From: a virus
DNA: 64,000 nucleotides
Strand: one strand, 5' to 3'
Virus record (IMG/VR): IMGVR_UViG_3300028794_000198
Coordinates: 1 to 64,000 of that record
In this document: positions 36,101 through 44,337 of the stretch, piece by piece
Layout of the letters: every line of letters starts with the position of its first letter
How positions within the stretch are numbered: the first letter of the stretch is position 1
The notes under the pieces: generated by a model
Told to the model about the DNA's origin: nothing
Seen by the model: the letters and a program-made list of their open reading frames with translations, nothing else
The model's database searches: none
Position numbers and translations under genes: made by a program

Positions 36101-36750
36101 CGGGCCTCCGTGGCGATCAGGGCGCGAAGAATCGTGACGTCGGCGGCTCGGGCGGCTTCCATGGCGGGGCTGCCGTAGTCGGCGGTGCGGTAGCCGGCCA
36201 GTGATTCGGCGCGGGTCTGGTCGTCGTGTCCGCCCGTGAGGTCGGCCCGGTCGTGCAGGATTTCGATGTCGACACGTTCGTGCCGGTCGAGGGACTGACC
36301 CAGATATTGGATCCACGAGTCGCAGTGCGGCGACAGGGAGACGTGCCCGAGGCAGTCGGTCCAGGCTGCGGGCCAGATCGGGAAGGTGTTGCAGGTCGCG
36401 ATGTCGTTGCTGCGCGGCCACAACGCGCCGGGCTCCTGTTCGCGGACTGCGGCGTCCCAGCCTGGCGTGAGCATGCGGGCGTCGTCGTTCCACAGCATCA
36501 GCCACTCGCCGTCAGCCTGCTCGGCGAGCCGGTTGACGTACTCGTGCAGCCGCGGATAGCCGAAACGTTCCGGTGCTGTCCAAGTGCTGGCCTGCCACGG
36601 GAGTTCGGCGTTCAGTGTGGCCTCGTCGTCGGGGTCTGCGGCGACGAGGATCTGAATGCTGCCGGGCCGGTCCGCGAGGTCAAGGAGGCTACAGATGGAC
36701 TCAACGAGGGCCTTCGGCCGGCCGCGGGAAGGCAGCAGGATCGAGATCAA
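36097..36750 (-). CDS. GT2 glycosyltransferase
   Basis: TTG start, ILLPSRGRP, ADPDD, WNDD, HCDSW. Confidence 0.85.
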   Translation of the reverse strand: MISILLPSRGRPKALVESICSLLDLADRPGSIQILVAADPDDEATLNAELPWQASTWTAPERFGYPRLHEYVNRLAEQADGEWLMLWNDDARMLTPGWDAAVREQEPGALWPRSNDIATCNTFPIWPAAWTDCLGHVSLSPHCDSWIQYLGQSLDRHERVDIEILHDRADLTGGHDDQTRAESLAGYRTADYGSPAMEAARAADVTILRALIATEAR

Positions 36751-36800
36751 CCGGCCACCGTCCCGCGAGTGGGGATGATGACGAGCAGGTCGTCGGCCAT
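36747..36800 (-). pseudogene. 17-codon remnant of a GT2 glycosyltransferase N-terminus
   Basis: AGGAGG RBS followed by MADDLLVIIPTRGTVAG*; VIIPTRG matches the GT2 first strand. Confidence 0.6.
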
Positions 36801-36812
36801 GGCGCGGGCCTC

Positions 36813-37106
36813 CTAGTAGACGGTGAGGATGCCCGCCCTGTAGACGGGCGTTTCGGTTCCTGCCGCCCAGGTGATCCACACGCTGTATTCGCCCGCAGTG
36901 AGCGCGGTGGTGCCGCCTGCGGGGCCGACGAGGATGCGGGCCCAACTGGTGGCCCATTCGCCGTTGAACCAGTCGCTGGTGCCCGGGTTGCCGCTGGTGG
37001 CCATGAACGCGAACTTGGGGGCGACGGCCACGTTGATGAGGCTGCCGGACAGGCGGGAGCTGGCGGAGATCCGCACATATTCGGTGCTGGTGGCGGCTAT
37101 CTCCAT
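36813..37106 (-). CDS. small Ig/BppU-like virion protein (module 2, gene C)
   Basis: STEY...ARILVGP...G.Y.VW...AGILTV; paralog of 38358-38642. Confidence 0.75.
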   Translation of the reverse strand: MEIAATSTEYVRISASSRLSGSLINVAVAPKFAFMATSGNPGTSDWFNGEWATSWARILVGPAGGTTALTAGEYSVWITWAAGTETPVYRAGILTVY

Positions 37107-37945
37107 GGCCTGCTCACCGCCCATCCGCTGACGGGGTGCCCGAGTTGCACGTCGACGTCGATGGTGGCGCCGACAAGAGCGGCGGTGAGCGTCGAGCCGC
37201 CGGTGAGGGCTGCGCCGGTCATGGCGGTGATGGCGGGGGCCGCAGCGCCGAGTGCGGCGTCGGCGGTGAGGTCCGCTGTGACGATGGTCCGTGCGGTGGC
37301 GGCGGCGGCGAGGGTGGTGTCGCTGGTGAGGGCGGCGGTGGCGAAGAAGGTGGCGGCGGCCGTCGTGGCCGTGTTGACGTTGTCGAACTCGGTGAAGTTC
37401 GTGGTGCCGTTGTTGCGGTAGGAGTACAGGTCAAGGGCGCACGTGTTGCGGGTGGTTCCGGCGGTGATCCATGCGGGGGTGGCGAGGGTGCGCCGGTTCG
37501 TCCACGTGCTGCCGTCGGTGCTGGTGTCCCAGTACACGTTGGTTCCGTCTTCACGGAAGCGGAGCCACAGGTGTGTGACGGCGCTGTAGGTGAGGACGGT
37601 GGCGCCCGCATCGGAGTAGGCGACGTTGGATTCGAGGCGCAGCGTCCCGGCAACGGTGTTGATGTTGAACGCGAGGTTGGTGCCGTCGGTGACGTTGATG
37701 ACGGAGAACGCAGTCTGGGCTTCGACGGTGGCACTGGCCGCGGCTGCCGCGGTGGGGACTTGCAGGTAGACGCTGCTTCCGGCGAGGGTCCACACCTTGG
37801 CGGTCTGGTAGCCGGAGTAGTTGCCTGCAATGCAGGGGATGTGGGCGCGTCCGCCGGTTTCGGTGCAGCCGCCGTAGGCGTTGCCCCAGTCGGGTCCGAT
37901 GATGTTGTCGTTGAAGTTGTCTACGAGGGTGGCGATGAGTGCCAT
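37097..37945 (-). CDS. fibre protein: lectin-like head + ~3 Ala/Thr repeats (module 2, gene B)
   Basis: DNFND...FDNVN beta-sandwich, repeat region, C-terminal IDVDVQLGHP..W. Confidence 0.75.
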   Translation of the reverse strand: MALIATLVDNFNDNIIGPDWGNAYGGCTETGGRAHIPCIAGNYSGYQTAKVWTLAGSSVYLQVPTAAAAASATVEAQTAFSVINVTDGTNLAFNINTVAGTLRLESNVAYSDAGATVLTYSAVTHLWLRFREDGTNVYWDTSTDGSTWTNRRTLATPAWITAGTTRNTCALDLYSYRNNGTTNFTEFDNVNTATTAAATFFATAALTSDTTLAAAATARTIVTADLTADAALGAAAPAITAMTGAALTGGSTLTAALVGATIDVDVQLGHPVSGWAVSRPWR

Positions 37946-37958
37946 GCCGCCTCCTCAG

Positions 37959-38342
37959 CTACGCGAGGGCGAGCGTGAGGGTGCCTGCGGCGATGCGCAG
38001 TTCGTCGCCCGCTGCGACGGTGCGGCTGGTGCCGACGGCCCCGTACCAGAAGCGGATGGGGGTGCCTGCGGAGTCCCAGATTTCTACGCCCACGACAGTG
38101 CAGGCGGGCATGCCGGTCCAGGAGAGGTCAGCACTGTTGGAGGTGGCTCCGCTGCTGGCGGCGGCGACGGTGAGGGTCTTGCGGGCGTAGGAGCCGCCGG
38201 TGACCTCGGTGCCTGCGGTCGCGTCGTTGCCGTTCGCGGTGACGAGCGCGACCTTGAGGGGGGCGGTGGGGGCGGTGGTGGTGTTGCCCATGAGCCAGTC
38301 GAGAGCCCTGTTCTCGGCTGTATTTGAAAGGTTGTCGCTGAT
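37959..38342 (-). CDS. small fibre-associated virion protein (module 2, gene A); ATC at the expected start
   Basis: AAAGGGGG RBS, then ATC-AGC-GAC-AAC (ISDNLSNTAENRALDWLMG...EVTGGSYAR); similar architecture to 40340-40738. Confidence 0.7.
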   Translation of the reverse strand: MSDNLSNTAENRALDWLMGNTTTAPTAPLKVALVTANGNDATAGTEVTGGSYARKTLTVAAASSGATSNSADLSWTGMPACTVVGVEIWDSAGTPIRFWYGAVGTSRTVAAGDELRIAAGTLTLALA

Positions 38343-38357
38343 GAGACTCGCCCCCTT

Positions 38358-38642
38358 TCAGGTGACGGAGAGGATTCCGGCTTTGCGGACGACGTTTTCG
38401 GCGCCGGGCGGATCGAGGTTGATCCACACCCGGTAGTCGCCTGCCGCAAGTTCGAGGCTGCTGTCGGGGCCGACGAGGATGCGGGCGGCGCCGCTCACCC
38501 AGTCCGCGGCATGCCATTCACCGTCGGCGGGATCACTGCGGTGGGCGACGACGGCGATCCGCACCGGAGTACTTCCGGTGTCGACGCCGGCCGGGAGGGT
38601 CGCAGGCACGTGCAGGTATTCGGTGGAGGAGGCGGGGATCAC
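38358..38642 (-). CDS. small Ig/BppU-like virion protein (module 1, gene C)
   Basis: SSTEY...ARILVGP...GDYRVW...AGILSV. Confidence 0.75.
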   Translation of the reverse strand: MIPASSTEYLHVPATLPAGVDTGSTPVRIAVVAHRSDPADGEWHAADWVSGAARILVGPDSSLELAAGDYRVWINLDPPGAENVVRKAGILSVT

Positions 38643-40318
38643 CACGTTGCGCCCACCTTCCAGCCGGTGTCCTGCGGCTCGGCGGCGACCCACGGGTCGC
38701 CGTGCGGTATCCCTGCCGCCCAAGGGCTATAGGGGGCGCCGACGGTGACGTCGATGTCGTCGTGGGTGGAGATCAGCGTCCCGCTGGCCGTGAGCGTCGC
38801 GGTGGCGGCGAGCGCCGTACTGCCGATAGAGGCTTTGACCCCTGACGCCGCCAGTACCGCTGCGATGTCCAGGACGGTTCCCGCGACTGCCGCGCGGCTG
38901 CCTGCCGCCGCGAGAGTGACCGTGGCGCTCAGGGCGGCGTCTGCGAGTACGGGTGGAGTGCCCGTGACTCCGTCGGCCGTCAGGGCGGCCGTGACTGCGA
39001 GGGCGGCTGTACCGGTGCGGCCGGCCTGCCCTTGTGCGGCCAGACCTGCTGTGACGGCGAGGCCGGTGTCGGCGGTGGCGCCTCGCTGTCCGGCCGCGGT
39101 GAGGGATGCTGTGGTGCTGAGGGTGGCGTCGCCGATGGATGCTGTCTGCCCGGCGGCGGTCAGGCCCGCGGTTGCGGGAAGCGCCGCGTCTGCCTGGGTG
39201 GCGCGCATTCCGTCCGCGTCGAGCCCCGCTGACGTGGTGAGTGCGGCCTGCCCTGGGTGATCGACCAGCCCGGCGGCGGCCAGGTTCGCGCTCGCGGTGA
39301 GCGCAGCGCCGCCGACTGCGGTTGTTGCGCCGTCTGCGGCGAGGCCTGCCGTGATGGCGAGGCTTGCCGCTGCGGAGGCGCCGCAGGTCCCAGCTGCCGT
39401 CAGGGTCGCGGCGGGCGCGAGGCTCACATCGCCGGTCGTTGCCCGTAGGCCTGCTGCGGTGAGGGTGGCTGCGGGTGCCAGCGCCGCGGCGCCTGCTGTG
39501 GCGCGAGTGCCGTCCGCCGTCAGGGCCGCCGAGGATGGCAGGGTTGCGGCGCCGGTTGTGGCCCGTACTCCGCCCGCCGACACGCCGGCTGTGGCAGCCA
39601 GGCCCGCGTCTCCGGCCGTAGCCCGAAGGCCACCGGCCGTCAGAGCGGCGGCGGAGGCCAAGGTCGCGCTACCGGTAGCGGCCCGGACTCCAGCAGCGGT
39701 CAGGCCCGCCGTGGCCGCCTGTGCCGCGCCGCCGGTGGTGGCCCGCAGACCGGCCGCGGACAGTGTTGCCGTGTTGGCCAGTGCCGCGTCGCCTGTGGTG
39801 CCGGAGGTGACGTCGGCTCCGGTGAAGTTGTCGAAGCGGAGCGAGTTACTCGACTCGGCGCGGATGCCGACGCTCGTGCCGCTGGTGACGGCCGTGTTGG
39901 TGACGGAGACGCGCGAGATCCCGTTGACGAAGCCTTGGATCGTCGACCCGACGGCCTGCACTTTCGCCACATCGCCCGCGACGGCTGCCGCGGTGTAGCT
40001 GCCGATGGATACAAAGGATCCGCCGACGACGGAGAAGAGGGTCCACGTGGTGCCGTCGTTGCGCCACAGGTAGCCCTGGGTGATCGTCGTGTTGCCGCGA
40101 CACCAGACGCCGTGACTGAGCGCTGCGGTCGCGGTGATCGTGATCTGGGCGGAGTTGTCGTTGGTGGCCATCGCGCCGGTCGCGCGGATGACGATGGTGC
40201 CGCCCGCGGATCCCGATGAGAGTTGGCTGGAGACGATCGACCAAGTGCCGGACACCGCAGTCCAGTTGGCGCCCGGGCTTCCGTCGGCCCGGTTGAAGTC
40301 GTCGCTGAAGCTGGTCAC
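38639..40318 (-). CDS. fibre protein: lectin-like head + 17 x 20-aa Ala/Thr/Gly repeats (module 1, gene B)
   Basis: FSDDFNRADG...FDNF head; repeat consensus xAxLxxxAxLxAxGxxxxxG; C-terminal DIDVTVGAP..PW. Confidence 0.8.
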   Translation of the reverse strand: MTSFSDDFNRADGSPGANWTAVSGTWSIVSSQLSSGSAGGTIVIRATGAMATNDNSAQITITATAALSHGVWCRGNTTITQGYLWRNDGTTWTLFSVVGGSFVSIGSYTAAAVAGDVAKVQAVGSTIQGFVNGISRVSVTNTAVTSGTSVGIRAESSNSLRFDNFTGADVTSGTTGDAALANTATLSAAGLRATTGGAAQAATAGLTAAGVRAATGSATLASAAALTAGGLRATAGDAGLAATAGVSAGGVRATTGAATLPSSAALTADGTRATAGAAALAPAATLTAAGLRATTGDVSLAPAATLTAAGTCGASAAASLAITAGLAADGATTAVGGAALTASANLAAAGLVDHPGQAALTTSAGLDADGMRATQADAALPATAGLTAAGQTASIGDATLSTTASLTAAGQRGATADTGLAVTAGLAAQGQAGRTGTAALAVTAALTADGVTGTPPVLADAALSATVTLAAAGSRAAVAGTVLDIAAVLAASGVKASIGSTALAATATLTASGTLISTHDDIDVTVGAPYSPWAAGIPHGDPWVAAEPQDTGWKVGATW

Positions 40319-40339
40319 GACGGCCTCCCCGTCAGGGCG

Positions 40340-40738
40340 TTACGCGGCCTGCGGGCTTAGCGAGACGGAATGGCTCGTCAATGTGAAGGTATCGGCGGAC
40401 GCCCACGCCTTCGAGGCGGTGAGCTGCACCGAGTACAGGAACGTTCCGCCGGTCACGGCGGTCCACACGGAGATGTCCGTGATCGTTTCCGAGGTGCCGC
40501 CGTTGGTCCACGCCGGGTTGGTGCCGGTCAGCGCGAGGGCGGATCCGGCCGACGATGCGGCGTGCGTGAAGATGACGCGGGTCGCGGAGCCTGCGCTGAT
40601 CGCCGTCGTCCCGGCCGCGCCCGGGTTGGCGGTGTGGAGCTGCGCGTACTCGGCTGCGACCGGGCCGAAGGCAGCACCCGCCGCGCGCAAGGTGTTGAGC
40701 AGGTTGGAGACCAGGGTGGTGGAGAGTCCTTCAGCCAT
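40340..40738 (-). CDS. small fibre-associated virion protein (module 1, gene A)
   Basis: QLHTANPGAAGT...VWTAVTGGTFL...DTFTL. Confidence 0.75.
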   Translation of the reverse strand: MAEGLSTTLVSNLLNTLRAAGAAFGPVAAEYAQLHTANPGAAGTTAISAGSATRVIFTHAASSAGSALALTGTNPAWTNGGTSETITDISVWTAVTGGTFLYSVQLTASKAWASADTFTLTSHSVSLSPQAA

Positions 40739-40850
40739 CGGTCAGTTCCTCGTCTTCCGTGGCGGGCTCGACGGCGTCGGGCTGCTGGGGTGCGGGCGTG
40801 ACTTCGCCGGATGCTTCGACGGTGAGGGTGATGACGTGTTCGTCGGCCAC
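40731..40850 (-). CDS. small acidic protein
   Basis: AAGGAG RBS; VADEHVITLTVEASGEV... Confidence 0.55.
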   Translation of the reverse strand: MADEHVITLTVEASGEVTPAPQQPDAVEPATEDEELTDG

Positions 40851-40860
40851 GGCGGTCTCC

Positions 40861-40986
40861 TTACGGGTGGGCGCCGTGTGGCGCGTCGACTGCGGGCTGG
40901 GGTGCGACGGGCCCGTCGGCGATGTAGGCGACCGGGCCGACCATCCAGGCGAGGACGAACAGCACGGTGATGACGGCCCGCCGCAT
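40861..40986 (-). CDS. small membrane/secreted peptide
   Basis: MRRAVITVLFVLAW...; AGGGG RBS. Confidence 0.45.
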   Translation of the reverse strand: MRRAVITVLFVLAWMVGPVAYIADGPVAPQPAVDAPHGAHP

Positions 40987-41072
40987 AGCGCCCCCTGAGG
41001 TCAAGTCCCGCCGCCCGGCGTAGGGGTGGACGACGGGACGTTCGGGGCTCGAAGTGAGCGGCCAGCCCCGGC

Positions 41073-41333
41073 TCAGGCGGTTTCCATGAGGTGCCAGACG
41101 AGTTGGCCGCCGGGTGCGAGCGCGGTGCCGACGTGGTCCAGGTTGTCGGGCATCGACTGTCCGGTGCCGTAGACACGGAAGCTGCGAATGTCGGACGCCC
41201 CGTCGGCGTGGCGGGCCCAGACTTCGACGGCGTGGACGTTCCGGCAGTCGACGTGCACGATCTCGCCGGAGAGCTGCAACGGATGCCAGCGGTCGTCGAC
41301 GGGGATCTCGTACCGCCAGATCGCGTCTGCCAC
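41073..41333 (-). CDS. small phage protein (xGTG...WHL type)
   Basis: IWRYEIP...VYGTG...HVGT...VWHL. Confidence 0.7.
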   Translation of the reverse strand: MADAIWRYEIPVDDRWHPLQLSGEIVHVDCRNVHAVEVWARHADGASDIRSFRVYGTGQSMPDNLDHVGTALAPGGQLVWHLMETA

Positions 41334-41454
41334 CGCTGCCTCCGTCCGGGTTGTTGCCCGCACGGCCCCCACGCGAGGCCGTGCGGGCTGGTTGGGCCGA
41401 GCGCTGAGCGCTTCAAGGCCCGCCCTGCGCAGCTGCCACCGCGCGCAGGGGGCT

Positions 41455-41694
41455 TCAGGCGGCGAGTAACGTCGTCTGCCGCTGAGGAAGTGGTGGCGGC
41501 GGGGTTGGCGTGATCAGCTCGCGAGTGTCCGGGTCTCGCTTGGCGGGGTCGATCTCCATGAGGTCGTAGCGGGCGTTCTTGCCCTTGCCGTAGACGGAGA
41601 TGCGGCCTTCGGATGCCCAGCGCCAGATGGTGCCGATGGGGCGTCCGGTCCAGTAGGCCATGTCGGCTGCGGTGACGAGTGCGGTGGAGGGCAT
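41455..41694 (-). CDS. excisionase/MerR-like HTH protein
   Basis: GRPIGTIWRWASEGRI...RYDL.EI. Confidence 0.75.
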   Translation of the reverse strand: MPSTALVTAADMAYWTGRPIGTIWRWASEGRISVYGKGKNARYDLMEIDPAKRDPDTRELITPTPPPPLPQRQTTLLAA

Positions 41695-41713
41695 GGTCAC
41701 CTCCGGGAACGAC

Positions 41714-41740
41714 GAAGGCCACCCGGTGGGGGGTGGCCTT
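41714..41740 (-). terminator. stem-loop
   Basis: AAGGCCACCC-GGTGG-GGGTGGCCTT. Confidence 0.5.
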
Positions 41741-41819
41741 AGCGCGAGACTTGAGCGATCTAAGCAGATGATCGCTTCGGTTACCGACGATTGTCAACCT
41801 CGTCGGCCACAACTAACGC

Positions 41820-42593
41820 TTACGTCGCGCTACGCCCTCCGCTCGCAAGGGACTTCAGATCCGACAGGAAGTACAACTGGACGCCGTTCTCGTCACGGAG
41901 GACGTGATCGAGCTTCTTCCGGTGGATCCACACGCGCGCCGTTCCGAGTCGAATGCCGAGTTGGCGCGTCCCGACTTCCAGGGTGACGAGGTGCGCGGTG
42001 AGGGGGAGTTCAGGGAGTCGAGCGCGACTGGGGCGTTGCCGGAGGTTCTGAAGCGTGGGCCACGCCGGGTCCGGGGCCCCGAACTCCTCACGGACCTGGG
42101 CAATGTGCGCGTCGAGCGTGGCGTGGCGAGTGAAGTATTCGGCAGCGTTGCTGAGCCTGAGGTTGCTGAACTGCTGGTGCCGATCGGCCTCTTCCGGGCG
42201 TCCACCCGGCTCCCAGGCAAGGATCTCGTCAGGGAGGAGTCCCGCGAATCGCTTGCGCGGCTTCGCGGTGTAGCCGATCTTTACCAGCCTCCCCCGTCGT
42301 GCGTAGTACACGATCGATGAGGGGATGCGGCTGGGACGTCGATCCTCTTCGTCTTGAAGGTGCTGCGCATACTTCCGTCGACCGTCGGCGATCGCCTGAC
42401 CTATCGACTCGGCGTCGAGGTCTCCGCCTGTTCGCCGGATCCGCTGGAGTTCGGCGGCGATGAGAATGAAGGCGGGTTCACTCTGATCGACCGTCTCCAC
42501 CAGGGCCTGAACGCTAGGGCGGACTCCGGACGACTCTTCGCGCGCAAGCCCGTAGGGCCTAGCGATCGGGATCTTGTGGTTACTCTGGACCAT
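41820..42593 (-). CDS. GIY-YIG (T5orf172/MUG113-like) domain + C-terminal HTH
   Basis: IVYY...VKIGYT..P..R, EPGG..EE..RH..F, EYF; GTARVWIHRKKL. Confidence 0.75.
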   Translation of the reverse strand: MVQSNHKIPIARPYGLAREESSGVRPSVQALVETVDQSEPAFILIAAELQRIRRTGGDLDAESIGQAIADGRRKYAQHLQDEEDRRPSRIPSSIVYYARRGRLVKIGYTAKPRKRFAGLLPDEILAWEPGGRPEEADRHQQFSNLRLSNAAEYFTRHATLDAHIAQVREEFGAPDPAWPTLQNLRQRPSRARLPELPLTAHLVTLEVGTRQLGIRLGTARVWIHRKKLDHVLRDENGVQLYFLSDLKSLASGGRSAT

Positions 42594-42707
42594 GTTGGCG
42601 CTCCTTCGTAGCGTCGGCCACGCCCCGGGACCGGTCGCACGGTCGCCGGGGTCTCAACTGCCCCAATTCTACCGGCTTTTGGATCTATTCGCGGGCCTTT
42701 GCGCAGG

Positions 42708-43016
42708 TCAGTGACGCAATCCTGCGACGATGCCGGAGGCGAGGTACACGACCAGCCCCACGATCACCAGCGGCCAGACGAGCGCGAAGGCGGCGGCCAG
42801 CAGGGCGTGTGAGAGTCCGTGCCCGTTCGTGGGTGCGCCTTTGGTGAGCACCATGTTGACCGCCCACAGTGCGAGTCCGATGCAGAGGTAGACAGCGACG
42901 CCGAGCTTGGGCGGGCCGGACGCCGCGAAGGCGACCGCGACGACCATGGCGGCGCCGATGAGCCAGGCGGCAGCGTAGATCCTGAACAGGCCCTGGTTGG
43001 GGCTCGCTTCGTTCAT
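42708..43016 (-). CDS. 3-TM membrane protein
   Basis: Three hydrophobic segments. Confidence 0.6.
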   Translation of the reverse strand: MNEASPNQGLFRIYAAAWLIGAAMVVAVAFAASGPPKLGVAVYLCIGLALWAVNMVLTKGAPTNGHGLSHALLAAAFALVWPLVIVGLVVYLASGIVAGLRH

Positions 43017-43213
43017 GGCGTGTGTCCGTGCTTCTCGTGCGGTTCGACACGGCAGACCGTGCACTGTAGGCAGATGCAGTAGCCCGGCTCCCCGCGCGGG
43101 ATGCGAGGGTCAGCGCAACGGACGCAGTGGCATACGCATTCAACGTCCATCGCGGGCGGGTGGCCGCACTTGCTGTTCGCCTGATCAGGGCTAGCGAGGC
43201 TCGTCTCGTTCAC
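43013..43213 (-). CDS. small Cys-rich protein
   Basis: CVCHCVRC...CICLQC. Confidence 0.5.
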   Translation of the reverse strand: MNETSLASPDQANSKCGHPPAMDVECVCHCVRCADPRIPRGEPGYCICLQCTVCRVEPHEKHGHTP

Positions 43214-43431
43214 GTCGCCTGCCCTTCCGTGTCCGGGTCGACCCGGAACTCCTCGACGTCACACGCCGGAGCGCCCCACTGGGTGGCGTTCCCTTCGCGG
43301 ACTCTGCGGGCGTGCTCGGCGCGTCTGGCTTCAATCCACGCGTCCGCCTTCTGCCGGGTACTGAACACGCCACGGACGACGAGGCCGACGTCGTATCCAG
43401 TGTCTTCCGTGACGACATACACATCGCTCAC
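43210..43431 (-). CDS. hypothetical protein
   Basis: VYVV...GVFST..KA. Confidence 0.6.
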   Translation of the reverse strand: MSDVYVVTEDTGYDVGLVVRGVFSTRQKADAWIEARRAEHARRVREGNATQWGAPACDVEEFRVDPDTEGQAT

Positions 43432-43652
43432 GGCGTCTCCTCGTGCCACTCTTCGAGCATCGCCTCGATGCGCCTGAGGGTCTGCGCATGGTCCAGGACC
43501 ACGGTCCCGTCCGGCTGGGTGACGTCCTCCGGAACGCATTTCCCATTGTCGACTCCTGCGGCGAGGAAGCCGATCGCGTCCTCGATGTCCTCGCAGGGCA
43601 TTTCGTGGAGCCGGTGGTACTGGTAGTAGCGGGCTCCGAAGTCGTCGCTCAT
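43428..43652 (-). CDS. hypothetical protein
   Basis: Coupled ORF. Confidence 0.6.
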   Translation of the reverse strand: MSDDFGARYYQYHRLHEMPCEDIEDAIGFLAAGVDNGKCVPEDVTQPDGTVVLDHAQTLRRIEAMLEEWHEETP

Positions 43653-43879
43653 GTGGTCTCCTCGCCCGCGTCGCCGATGCCGAGTTCACGTTCGAGCCGG
43701 GCGATCTTCGCACGGTCGGGGCGTGGTCGGGGACGCCGCCAGTCGTGTGCAATCAGGTTCCAGACGGGATGGGGCCACCGTAGCCACAGGGGTGCGCCCG
43801 GCTCGGCGCCGTAGATGCCGCAGAGGCCGGTATAGGTGACGGCGAACAGGCTCAAGATGACCGCCAAGACATCGTTCAC
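43649..43879 (-). CDS. small membrane protein
   Basis: N-terminal TM; RPDRAKIARLERELG. Confidence 0.6.
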   Translation of the reverse strand: MNDVLAVILSLFAVTYTGLCGIYGAEPGAPLWLRWPHPVWNLIAHDWRRPRPRPDRAKIARLERELGIGDAGEETT

Positions 43880-44337
43880 GGCGCCCACTCTTCACCCTTG
43901 TGCTCCGGATGCCCGACGAACGGCTGGGCAAGAATGCCGAGTCGCCGGTTGACTCGCTCGTCGCGTCCACAGTCACACGGACTGCCGATCCGAGCATCGT
44001 GGCAGGTCTCTCCACCGTCGCGCTCTTCGGTGGCCGCCGCGCATGTCCACCAGCAGTCCTCGACGACCTGATGCCGTTCGGCGAGCAAGTCGTCGACGAG
44101 CGCGAGCTTGGCGTCGAGGTCGGCGAGGACGCCCGGGTCGGCGGCGGACTCGCCGTACTTCTCGAAGAACTCGTCCATGCCGATCCGGTGGAACTCGCCG
44201 AGCATGACGTGCGGATCGTCCTGGCTGTAGACGGCTGTCCACTGGAACGGCAGGTCGCCCCGAACCGACTGCTTCCGTGTCTCCTTGTCCCGCGCTTCCG
44301 TGTACCTGGCGCGCAGAAACTCGGCGATCTCGCTCAC
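43876..44337 (-). CDS. DUF6221-like protein
   Basis: IAEFLRARY.E...DP..VLADLDAK...LAQPF..HP. Confidence 0.7.
   Translation of the reverse strand: MSEIAEFLRARYTEARDKETRKQSVRGDLPFQWTAVYSQDDPHVMLGEFHRIGMDEFFEKYGESAADPGVLADLDAKLALVDDLLAERHQVVEDCWWTCAAATEERDGGETCHDARIGSPCDCGRDERVNRRLGILAQPFVGHPEHKGEEWAP

Noticed and set aside
38760-39800. Low-complexity artefact or DGR/VNTR
   Set aside because: The repeats are conserved at the protein level (20-aa period) but diverged in DNA. No reverse transcriptase or TR/VR pair was seen.
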